DNA from: Hydrolagus colliei
Taxonomy: Eukaryota
Reading direction: 5' to 3'
Assembly (NCBI GenBank): GCA_035084275.1
Contig: CM068755.1
Coordinates: forward strand, 10,912,001-10,976,000
DNA: 64,000 nucleotides
This document shows positions 27,324 to 40,100 of the stretch, piece after piece. The position numbers and the translations under genes were made by a program. The notes under the pieces are model-generated. The model was given only the letters and a program-made list of their open reading frames with translations, was not told the origin of the DNA and did no database searches. Within the stretch, counting starts at the first letter, position 1. Each line of letters begins with the position of its first letter.

Positions 27324-27451
27324 GTCACCTAAGCTATAACATTAGAAACAAGATGACGACGGAATACATTCTACTGGATTTCCCTAATTATCAAATGTAT
27401 AGAAGTGCTGAATCTCTGTCACATTACTTGTATTTTTGTATCACTGGTTTA

Positions 27452-27457
27452 AATAAA
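27452..27457 (+). terminator. Candidate polyadenylation signal of gene A
   Basis: AATAAA about 130 nt after the stop codon. Confidence 0.5.
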
Positions 27458-28479
27458 TATGTTGCAAACAAAAAGCTTGATCTGTTCCATCTTTGAATAA
27501 TTTGCAACACGAAGAGTTATTTTTCCCACTGCCTAACAATGCGGAGCAAATTCTCTCTGTTATTTCTTTTTGCTAACAAATTGTCCATTGCACTTGTCAA
27601 ATTGTAACTGAATGATCAGTCCACCGATCTTTGGCATAACTGATGTTGTATAAATCAGAGAACACTGTATATTTTTTCACTTGCGCTGAAGAACTGAACA
27701 ATATTCATGTACTCTTAATTGCAAAATGTTTTTTCCAGTTTTTCAAATGTGTACGGATTTACAACCAAAGATGTCTGCAAAGCATTTATTCTGAATTATA
27801 ATCACAATATATTGGAATGAGTCTCAGCATGTTATATAATTTGTGGCTTTTTTTTTAATATCATAATATGGCTAATGCTAACCCAGTCCTCAAGCAGTTT
27901 CTTACATTAAACTTGTGCCGTGTTTCTGCTCTATGATGTCTGAAGTATGTTTCCAATGACTGAATTATACAGTTTTATTCAATTTAGGTTTATTTTGGGC
28001 TCTGGAGAGTATGTGTATCTCGTTGTTAAAAATAGAAATATGTTTTCAGAACTGTTTGTTTAAAAGCATTGCAGTGAATTATAATCATGGAATGCAAATG
28101 ACACAGCATCCAGTAATGCAATACAACATACAATTTGTCTGTGCAACTTTACATGCAATGCCACTATTAACTCTTTGAACACCAGGCTTCGTTTTTGGAA
28201 CTTTCCAATATTTAATATGTTGGGTTCAATGTCAATGTTAACTCAATTAACCAGCAAATTTAATCAGAACAAATGAACTTCTTGAATGGACAATTTGCAT
28301 GTTACTGTACTATGGTTTATAATTTCACACCTGCTGTACTTTAGTAATTGTATTACAATCTGCTAAAGGTTAAAAGCAGTAGTAGCGATTATGACACAAC
28401 ACATGTTTGATTTACAGTAGTGGTGCTACCACTGTGTTAAACCACCTTTAGAACTTCTGAAGGGAAAACTGAGCTGTTT

Positions 28480-28748
28480 CTCTTTGGAGGCGAGGTGGCT
28501 CCAGGTTGACTAGTCTGACTGAGGGAGACAAGAGGGAACTCTGGTGGACTCAGTGATCTGATATCTGAGTGAGGCAGGTCTGCAGTGGTTTGAGGCACTT
28601 AATCATTGACCGATTGGTCAATGCCCTGTTTACCAGTTTGACTTTGAAGGATAGATATGGCACTGGGAGTCAATCTTTCCAGCCAGTTGCCCTGCAAGCT
28701 ATGGTCCTAGCTAGACAGGCTAGGAAAACTTCTGAGTGCCTCAAACAG
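28480..28748 (+). other. Candidate non-coding 5' exon/promoter-proximal region of CEMIP (5' limit uncertain)
   Basis: Locally G-richer segment ending in consensus donor CAG|GTAAGT at 28748; matching pyrimidine-rich acceptor ...tgcag at 29832 ahead of the ATG exon. Inference only. Confidence 0.45.
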
Positions 28749-29924
28749 GTAAGTTTCAAGGTTTTCGCTACTTTGCCTTGGAGTCTTCCCTTGCCCTTCG
28801 GCGAAGAGATTTTGTGCTACAGAACTCAACTCCTGTGAATTCTAGAGATGCAAAAGGTTGATGTATGTGTCAGACTCTAGGCTGATCAAAAAAGTATAAT
28901 TATGCCATTGAAAGAGGAGCATTTTGTTAATATTGAAGACCTTTGAAATCTGGCTACTTAAAATCCTCAATATAATATGTGGAGGCAGAAAAGAGGTTTG
29001 CTGCTGAAAAAGATAGCATATTAAAACTATGGCATATACAAATGCTTATGGAAATCTATTGACAAAACATAAGAACTGTTTCAAATTCATACTGTTAAGC
29101 TCTGAAGGGGTTTATGATGAGTTGTTATGCATTTTCAACAGTTGAATAATCAGATTGATATTCATGGTGCCTCTAGCTTTTCCATATCCGCTTTTCAATT
29201 GCACAATTCTCCCAATTTAAAGTGGAAGAATTATCTAATAGTTTCAAAAGTTCAGCAAACAAAAGAGCCCGTTGGAGATATTTCCATGGAAGTTTATTTT
29301 TGCCAAGTTTTTAAAAGTATGTGAATTTTGTCCAAAAAATGATAACTTCAAATATGAAATGCTACATTCTCTGGAGACTCAGTTAACAGGGTTTACCAAA
29401 TACTGTTGTGTGAGATAAAATTGGCCTCAATCAGCACTTTTTTTTAAAGATAGTTTTGAAGGTAAATTGAACCAGACAGTCTCCAAGCAACTGCTGGAGT
29501 TTAGGATGGTAGTTTATGGTCCCTGTATTCCCTTCCCTGTTACGTATGTATTCATGTGTCCACTGATGCAATTACTATCTGTAATATTGGTTTAGAATCA
29601 CGAGACGGACTTCAATCAATACTTGAATCCAGTTGCTGGTGAAGATGGCTGATTAAGATTTTCAATTTGCCACTGACTTTTTTTTAACATATACTTTCTT
29701 AAACAGTCATTTATAAAAAGGGAGTTGCACGAACATTCTATCTTCTGAATATAACATTAGCATAGAAATCAAGTTTAAAGTCTTGTTTTAAATATATAAA
29801 TGGCATTTTCTTTTTTATATATCTATATGCAGATGCTTAAAGTTGGCTGAATTTACCTGCAAAAGAAAGCACTGGTGATCAAACACTCTCCACTTTACTT
29901 ATTATCTGCTGCATACTAAGTACA

Positions 29925-29991
29925 ATGAAGGCAATACTCCTCCTTTGCAATGTTGGCTGGTTACTGACAGAAGCATTTGCTCAATTTGGAG
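29925..29991 (+). CDS. CEMIP: CEMIP first coding exon, signal peptide MKAILLLCNVGWLLTEAFAQFG
   Basis: ACAATGA context, in-frame TAA upstream at 29838-29840, hydrophobic core with AFA cleavage-like motif, donor GGAG|gtaaat in phase 1 matching the next exon. Confidence 0.8.
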
Positions 29992-32900
29992 GTAAATATG
30001 AAAATTAAACTACTTGAAAATAAATTGTGGGATTCATATACAAATACAATGTGCAAAAAAATGCTATAACTTGGCTTTGTTTGCAGAGCTCTCACCAATG
30101 TTTGCAGAATTGGGCATTTATTTCCTCACAAACTCCTTAGTCTCATTCTCTCGAGTGCAAAATACCTGACTTCCATTGACATGGGATTGTGACTGATTTC
30201 AAATTTAGTTAACCTGCTTACAACTACACAGTCACTACATTTCACAGTAAACTCCTGTGAAAAGTTTCGAGTTTTCTCAATGACATACGGCGCTATATCA
30301 GATGCAAGGAATATTATTGTTCTAATCTCTATCAGTGACATACAAGGTTGCTTGTCCACCCGGAGATCAGTGTTTGGTACTCTCTATGGTACCTTGTACC
30401 ATAGAGAGAATGCATTTGCTTAAACGTTAGTGTGAACCAAAAATGTAAATATATAAACAGAATTTTTCCACCAAAGTCAGACTACTGATTTCTATATTGA
30501 TTTCCATATAATTAAACTTGATCGACTCCAAAATGGAACTTAATGCTTGTCTAAGTTTACTCCAGCACACCCAGTTGTGGAATGCGACAAGTAGCTTCAC
30601 GGGAGAAAATTGGGAATAGGATGGAAGGGAAAAAAATCTGTTGCAGAAATGGTGTGATTTCTTAATAGTTTTACAACAACTGTCTGCCTTGTTTAGCCCA
30701 TGAAAGGTTGGCAAAACTTTCCTCTTGTATCGTTAATTAATTCTCCCCACTTTACGCTTGCTCATTCAATAGTGATGAAGAATGGAGACACTTACTTGAT
30801 ATTAATGTCTCCACCACAAACTGCTTAATTAAGTAACCATGGTTCAGCCATCAAGCCTGTGACTATCCTAAGTTTCACTCTAGGCTTTAACTCTATTACT
30901 GGCTCATTGAGGAGGCTGGCTGTTTTCCCATGTAGTTTTTCCAATTCAAATTTCCATGTGATTGCCTCAACAATTAACATTGTGATTTAGTTTGAGGTTT
31001 GTGTAAATCACAAGTAAACACATGAAATTAAAAAACAATGGAAAATTACAGAGGCTCTTGTGATCCTTTTTGATGCTTGTAAATTACCAAACTGAGGGCA
31101 GTTCCCTTCTTTTCACCGTTAAGGGAATTTTACAATTAAATATAATTTGTAAAATAATTCATGCTTGTATCATGTTGTAGTTTACCCCAGAACATATGCA
31201 GTCAATTCACTTTATAGTATATTCTTTAAAGCACTTTTAGACATTTCCAAGCCTTAAAGATAAGGCTCTATATCAAATGCAAGGATTATTATAATGATTT
31301 TTAGTTCCCAAAACATCTTATTCCGTGTTTTTTTTCAAATGCTGTAATATGAAATGCTGATGATTTTCATGTTCTAATAAAAAAAATTAAGGTTTCTCTG
31401 TTGTAACCTTGCATGTTTTCTATCACACAAGCTTGTCCAGATCAGGATCCTGACCTCCGCCATTGGAATCCTGGCCACGATAAGGAACACCATGTCAAAA
31501 TTGGTCAGGATCGGAAGCTGCTCCTTGTATCTTCAGCCACAGTTCATTCTATTCATATTTTTGATGGAGGTATTTTATTTTCCAAGTTCATTATTTTTCT
31601 TAAACAAGCTAACCGCCCACAAAATGTACAGTAAATTCACTGTACAGCGTATTCTGTGAAACATTTTGTACATCTCAAAGTTGTGATGAGGTGCTATATA
31701 AAATGCAAGGATTATTATTATTGCACATTTAAGGCCTCGCTTTGAAATTTGTCCTAGCCATTTCTTTTTCTGAAATAGACTAGGTGTTAGTGTAACAATA
31801 GCACACATCACATTTTTGAGTGACAGTTTATTGAAATAAACCTTTGTGCAACCAAATGGGCATTGGAGAGTAGGGCAAAAGTATAATGTACAATTCTGCA
31901 CCTTTGGCAGATTAGATGTTCTGTACTTATTCATTGTTCCCTTTTGCAGGCAGACTTGTCATTTCAGACAGCGGAAAACAACCTATTGTGCTACGCACAC
32001 GAAACATTCTGATTGAAGCTGGTGGGGAGCTGCATATTGGCAGTGAAGTTTGCCCATTTCAAAGTAACTTCACCATTATTTTATACGGAAGGTAAATACA
32101 GAAAAAAATATTTTTGGGGGAGGAAAGAAAGTCTAAAGTCACAGATGTTAATAGAGCACAATCTAACTACAGTTTTATTTCTGATCTTTCATTCGTAGAT
32201 CTGATGAGAAAACCGAAACGCTGCACAGCTACTTTGGCTTGAAATACATTGGTGTTAGTCGAGGTGGAACACTTGAAATTCACGGAACTCACAAACTGTC
32301 CTGGACATTTCTGAACAAAACTCTTCACTCTGGTGGTATGCGTGAGGGTGGCTACTACTTTGAAAAAAGTTGGGGTCATCGTGGCATCATAGTCCATGTC
32401 ATTAATCATATTGGAGAGGTGGTCCATTCCGACAAGTGAGTTTGAAGCCTGCCTTTTGAGTCTAGTTTATTTGGCTTAGTTCAGGTTAGCACAAAACCAT
32501 GTACGTTTTCTCAGTTGTATTGTGGAACAGAATATGTGTGTTTACTGTGGTAGCTACACCAGTTTGCAGAGCTTATGTCCTTCCATCATTTATCTAAATT
32601 TTTCATGGGCTGCTCATTGTACAAGTAGCTTATTTCTTGTTGCGGTTGAATCCTGTTTGTTCTGGCTATTATTGCTAAACAGGTTCTGTGCGGATATAAA
32701 TCTTCTTTTTTTTAACATAAAGGTTTGATACTTATAAAAGCAAAGATGAGAGTAAACGTCTCGCTGACTACTTGAATGGCGTTGAAGAAGGCATGATATT
32801 ATCAGTCGCTGTGAATGATGAGGGATCAGCCAAGTTGGAGGACTTTGCCAAGACTGTTCTGATGAAGCTGGGCAGTAAGCATTTCAGACAGCTAGGATTC

Positions 32901-35900
32901 AGGTACGCAGTTGTTGCAGGTGTGTTTCCCTAGCAGGGCGAAACCTTAGGCTACTTTCCTTAATCCACATAATTCTGTTTACCTGCAGCAAGTAACAGCC
33001 AGGTTGTTAGTCAATTGGCGAATTGCTTTTTAGGGGGTAATAACCCCTTTTGACTGTGCTTTGTCAAATGCATGGATCAATTTGGCTGCCGTGTTTCGCC
33101 CACAAATATACAGTCAATCTTCCTACTCTCCTTCCCCCTTCCACCCCCCCCTCCCCCCCACTCTGGTCCCTACCTTTTTTCCCCCCTTTCTTCCGTCTTT
33201 TCTTTTCCCTACTCTGAGAAGTAGTAGGGAGAAGACATGTGTGTTCTTGTTCATAACTACCTTGGAACGTTGCTATATTCTGCGAAGCGCTTTGAGACGT
33301 CAATAAGATGTGGAAAGTGCTATATAAATGTAAGGATTATTATTCTTATTATTACAGGAGATGGATGTTTTTTATCCCATGAATTGCCGTAGGGTTTTTA
33401 GCTCTCTGGATTTCACATTCCGTAAGAAAGAATTTGGACAGCAACAGGAGGGAAATATTGAGTGGATAGGTAGATTATTCTGGGAGTGAACTTGGATAGA
33501 TCTCTGGGTTCTCTCCAGATATTTGCTTTTGTTGTATCTTTTAGGGAACCAGTTCATTTGGCAACACTAAATACTGCCAGAAATATCATTTTGCGATCCA
33601 GTAACATGACATGGAGCTTTATTTACTAGTTCTGTGCCAATCAGAAAATAACAGACTTCCTTTTGAACCTTATCTAGACATGTTTAATCACCAATAAGCT
33701 TGTAATTATTAGTCCCACTTCCTGTATAAAGCCACATTTGGACTAAGCAACATCACCTCAGGACTAAATTCTATTAAATGAATATAGATAACATAATTGC
33801 AATTGCATTCTCATCTATTGCAGCTGAGTAGGAACAGGACAAAGCAGGACTACAGTGGAAGTAAAACTTTCTACTGGTTATACGCTCAATTAGAATCTAC
33901 CAAACCACACATGAAGAGATTCAGATTGAATAATATGTTTACCTCTTCTGGTACTCTTTAAGTAATTCTGATCGTGTTCCTTTCTTCCACTTTGTGGTTT
34001 TGCTTCCCAGATAATGCTCTAGAGGTTGAAGCTCTAATATTTGCATCTCTAAAGGAAAACTCACGTTTTTAACAAATGCTTTGTAATGGTAAAAATTTAA
34101 ATTATTCATAAGAGAAGCTATAGCTACACAAAAAAACACATCAAACTTTTATTTCTTCATGGAATGGGATTCTGATATTAATAACAATTTGGAGTCCTGT
34201 TTACTTCCAGGATTGTGAGGATTGTGTAGCATTTGAATATATTCTAAAGTTGTAAGAGCTAGTGTATTTTCACACTGTTGAATTTTTGACTAATTGGGAA
34301 CATTCAACATTGCTCTAAGTTTGGAGGTTGTTTAAACTTATAGGAACAGATGGCTGTCAGATGGTGTCCAAAATTAAATATTTGGTGAAACAACACCGTA
34401 TTATAATGTAATTGAAATTAAATTAATCAATTTAAGGGTTCAGGAGTTTAACATTTTTAAAATCAAAATCAGATGTTATGACCTTTGAACCTGCTATGAT
34501 TCTTTAAAAAGTATAAACATTTACAATTTCTTTATTTTAATGATAACTAGTGAACTGGTTTGTGTTCAGCACCAGTTATGTTACTTCTGTGGCTCAGTTA
34601 TGCTAGATCCACTGCATTGAAGGAATGCATGTGACAGAATGATAAATCATATTGCTGAGTACAGAGTATTTGAAATCATCTCGTATTCCTTCTTGGTCTG
34701 TTCTCTTACTGCGCTGGATCATTCCCTTCTTTCGAGTACTTTACCACTCTTTCCAACTTTTCTTTTGAGGTCATTGATATACTGATTGATCTCCCAAATC
34801 TCTAGGTTTCTAAATCTTTCAACAAGTCCATGTTGGTGTTTTATACTCCACATGAACCCCTCTTAGTCTTTTCGCTCTTTTTGCTTTGCTTTTTGCTTTG
34901 ACTACAGCTTTGAGCAGTGATATTGTTTTAGCTATGGCAGTGGTGGATGGCATGTTGAAGACCAAACAGGTCCTTTCAGGGGAAGAGATATTATATATGA
35001 GGAAATGTGTTACAAAGCTGTTTCGCAAATGAATGGTCTAATTTCACATCCAATTATTTTGCCTTGGGAATTTTATATACAAGTCGATAGTTGAGCACAT
35101 GCCATGAAGAAACTAAAACAATATATATGTCCGCCATACAGGATGCACCCTTGAACCCTTGGGGAAATAAGGAAGGAAATTGATTCCCCTCTGGTTATTG
35201 TCATTTTCCTGCCAACAATTTGTCTTCCCTTCCTCTCTTAAAGACATTTGACTCCTTTGCTTTTTTTTACTGGGGTGTGGTTCCAATAATTAGTCCAGCA
35301 ATTTGGTTAAATACATTGCATTGTATACATGATGCACATGTATGGTGTATTACAAGGTTAATCTGCACATCTTTCAACACCATCATTCATATTATGTCAC
35401 TTGTCATACACAGTAACTTTGAGATTCCATATTATCAGTAATAATGGAACCCAACAATAAAGTATTTATACTGTATTATCCTTGGCTCCTGGCTAAGCCC
35501 ATTGAGGTAATGTTTATGTATTATTTTATACAGAACAGTGGTCCAATTTTTAAACTTGGAATGTAAAGTTTTTCTTAAAGAAAAGTTTGCAATCCATCTG
35601 CATTTATACTTTAAAATCTAGATTATCTATTCAAAATCAAAGGCGGGACTTTTGGAAACATTCCCTAAATCCTTCCACCTTGCATGCATCTCCCTCTCTC
35701 TCCTTTAAAATTCCTTCCAAGACCCCCACCTTGTTGCCTGTGCCTTTTGTTACCTCCCTCTTACACTCCAGCTCCATTCTACTCAAGCTTCCATTATGTC
35801 TCTATGACATGCTTCTCTTATTTGAAATAGTGTGTGCAATGGTGTTGTTGATTTCCATAAGATAACTTTGAAAAGGTTCAATAAACTTAGATTAATGTAG

Positions 35901-37103
35901 AATATGAGGACATTTTATTTTTAGGATAGTTGGCTGTTTATCTCATATCTCATTCTACTAATAATCTGATGGTTATATATGAGATCCAGAGAGATTTCAA
36001 AGAACATCGTTGCTAGCTTGATTACTGCGTTGGTATTTTCACTAACATAAAGATTAATTATTATTCCATAATTGACTGCGCTGTTTGGGTTATCCTTTAT
36101 ATTTCAAATTGTATGGCTGCATTTCTATTATAAAACAATATTTGAAAGCTTCTTCTGCTATTAAAGTTCTTCATTTTCTTTAATTTTGTAAAAAAAAATT
36201 CTCGGCTTCAATGAAGACCTTAATAGAGTAATTAGAACGCTTTTCCGTTTCCTTTTTGAAGGCATCCTTGGAGCTTCATCACAATAAAGGGACATCCCGA
36301 AACTTCTGTGGAGGATCACATTATCTATCAAGGTAACACCATCCCCAATTTGGCGTAACTAACTTGTTGCATTGTTTATTTAAAATGATAAAAAAATGAG
36401 ATTATGGATGCACACACAGTTTGTACAAATCTGACATTAATCTCTTTGCCAGTCATTGCTTATGCATCCAGGGATATGCTCAGCAAACACTGGCCTGCTT
36501 CATGTCCCCCGCTCTAACATTTCCGACCTCGATGGATGGATTTTCAGCTATATTAACCCTGCTTTCTGTAACTCCATCCCACAGTCCCACTGACTCGCTC
36601 ATTCCCTTTCAAGGCCCATTTCAAAACATACCTTGTTTTTAGTACTCTATCCACTTCCACCCTCAGATCAGGAGCCCAACCAACATTGTCAAGTGAGGGA
36701 GTTTCTGACAACAACATGATTTTGTTTTAAGCATTCATTGGAAAAATAATGCGAATGAAAGTCTTGCTTTACCTTTTGAAAGACCACAAGTGTAAATTTG
36801 AGCCAATTTTAGATTTTTTTTTGTTCACGGTTGATGAAACAGGTACCGAAGCATCAGCTGTGGCGAAAGTGTTTAAACTTTTCCAGTCGCCTTATGGAGA
36901 TCACTTCACTGTTGCCTCAACCAGCGAGTGGGTGCAAGGTAAGATCTAAATTTTTGCCAAGGCAATTTTTTTTCATGGCTGTTCAAGCATGTGGTTAATA
37001 GTCTTCATACCCCTATTAGAAATTCCTTGGTATTTTGCAGAATGTTAACCATTCCGAGTATTTTTTGTTTAAAGAAACATATATTATGTTTGAAATTATG
37101 TAC

Positions 37104-37159
<56 letters not shown>

Positions 37160-40100
37160 TTATATATATATATATATGTATCCTATTAGAATTATTCTGA
37201 ACATTCAGTGAAATTTTACTGTTGGCTAGATTATTTTCTAACACTTTAATTTATTTTCAATTTCATTGCAGACGTAGAGTGGACCGAGTGGTTCGATAGG
37301 GATGATGAGAGAGGGTCGGGAGATTGGGAAAAATTGTCAGATCTTAGAGCAGCTTTTCCTGGAAAAATCTGTGCCAGTCCAGTTGACATACAGGTAAACA
37401 TTACATTCTTTGGTTTGACACCTGAATACATATAAAAAGTATAACAATATAAAACAACAGGAGAAAAAAATGAAAAGGAGGAACTTGCACAGCTCAGGAA
37501 AAAATTGCCTATGTTTGCATTCAAATGTCTCCAATGTTAAGTTTCACATATAAAGTGGAACAATTTGGATGTGTTGTAATTAAGTGAAAGAAAAACACTC
37601 ATTCTATCTAATTATAACTTTGATCCATAATAGTCCAACTTTCCTCCAATTTTAGGCATCGACTGTTAATGAAATCCCAGCCAACTTCACAACCCAGGTA
37701 TTCCATAAACATGATCGAGACTATGGGTTTGTTTGCCGTAATCAGGACCAGGTTGATGGAATCTGCCACAACTACAAAGTCCGCTTCCTTTGTGGTACAC
37801 CAGGTTTGTAACAACCAAAGACACACACAGTTGTACAGATAAGTTTGACGATTGATGCCTGAAAGCGAAATCAATCTGAAACAACATTGACTGTTAATGG
37901 AATCCCAACCAATTTGACAACCAAGGTATTTCATAAACATGATCATCTGTCCACTGTTCCAAGCTAAAACAGAAAGTGGAGATCCACATGATTTTGGCCC
38001 GACAGTACATATTAAATCATTGTCAATCCTTTAAAAATTGTAACTTTTCTTCAACATTTCAAACAATGACTATTGTCTGCAGCCATCATTATTATACCAT
38101 CCAGATATCTGCAATTCAGATCAACAATGCTCATTCAAGCACTAGAATACCCTTCAGTCAAATTGCTTTCAATTTGCTAGTGATTGACTGCATTTTACAC
38201 TATTACCCTTTGATAATTGAAGAACTTGTAAAATAATTACAAACTTTAAATTGCATGCTCACCTTTAAGGTTCTCTGGGAAACAGAATCTAGTAATGGTA
38301 TAATTATGTCGTAGGATCACTGAGAAAATAGCATTTATTTTAATGCTACTCTCACTGCCCGCTGATACCTCTTTTATCTATTGTACTCGGTGCACTTGCA
38401 CATAATTGTGAATATGTCAAACACAAACCATTAAATATGAAGATTAGACAAGCCAGGTAGCAGAATAACTTGCATAATTTCCTTCCAACCTATGTTCCCT
38501 GAGTTTCAAACTCAAGGAATTCCTCTCTTTGTTAATCCTTTGAGTTGTCTTAACTCAGTACCTTATGAACACAGGACAACACTATGAAACATCCCATAAT
38601 TTTGCACCAATTTGGAAATCTTATATAGATCGGCAACAAGAATCCTGATGAGGAAAATGTAATAGGTTCACATTATAGATGTGTCTGGCCTGCTTTGAAT
38701 ATTTTTTATCTTCCCTCTCGAAACCCACAATATCATCCGTAATACAAAATGATCACGCTGGTTAATGAATTAAATACCGTTCCCACCGTTCCCACAGGTT
38801 TAGTGAGCGATAAAAAAAAACAGTTGATATCTGGGAAATTACTTTCTTTTTACAGTTTATGATGTAATTAAAACAACATGATTGAACTCAATGGTTTTTA
38901 TGGGGTCTTTAGTGCGAAGGAGGCATTTGCAAAAAACATCTTGTTGACTGCACAGTATGCATGTTAACCTTAAAAAAATAATGATTTCCAGGTCTTTCGA
39001 TGTTGTTGTTAAGGAATTGTTATAAAAGAGAACGTGCTTTGGCTAAGTGTAGTTCAACCATTCATTCCATATATACAGCAATATATATAGTTTTAAAAAT
39101 CTAGGTTTATTCAATTCTATTATAAATGTATTGAGAATAAATTGCTTGTGCATATGGGTTTTCCGAATCCAGCCATCTTGACGAATGTATTGAAAATAAT
39201 TTGCATGGGATTATATATTCGGACATTTAGCTAAAACACTCCCTGGCAGGCGTGTTTAATTATTTTATTTCTGCTCTGCAGTGTGGCCCAAGGTGACCGT
39301 TACCATAGATACACATATTAATAGCAGTATTCTGGAGCTAGCAGACGATGCCAGGACGTGGAAGGCTGGCGATGTCATCCTTGTTTCGAGTACTGACTAT
39401 TCCATGTACCAAACAGAAGAATTTCAGCTGTTGCCTTGCCCAGAATGCAGACCAAACCAGATCAAAATCCGTGGTACGAACTCCAGTGTCCTTTACCTTT
39501 TTGCTTTTTCAAAATTATCTTGGTTGAAACAAAGTGTTATTGATTGTTCAGTACAGGCATTCTTTTCCTTGGTGTGTGTAATGGGGGTGGGGGGGGGAGG
39601 TGGGAAGCTGACCACCTAACACATGTGGATACCTATCACTGGGTAAAAGTGTGCAAACTAGACTTACAGTAGCACACAAGTGTGCCACCTATAAAACGAA
39701 AATCTTCTATTATGTCTGGAATGGAATGCGTGTTCGTTCCCTGGCACCCTGTTACCTAATTCTCACAGTTGTGCTTTTGGGGGTGCTGCTGGACTTTAAC
39801 CAGCTAAACCTGTGCAGCTTGCTATCATGAGCACTGTCCGACAAGCTTCCCGCTGCTTGTTAAGCTGGGAACACCTAGATACAGGTATGAAAAGACAAAA
39901 ACAAGAAATTGCTGAGAAAACTCAGCAGGTCAGGCAGCATCCACGGAGAAAGGAAAGTGAGTCAACATTTCGGGTCCACGACCCTTCATGAATGAGTGGT
40001 TGTGAGCCATTTATTCTGTCAATGCCGTCTTGAGTAACATTACAAGATGAAAAGTCCACTCACATACATTGTATTAGGATGACATTGTTGGGGTGAGTTG

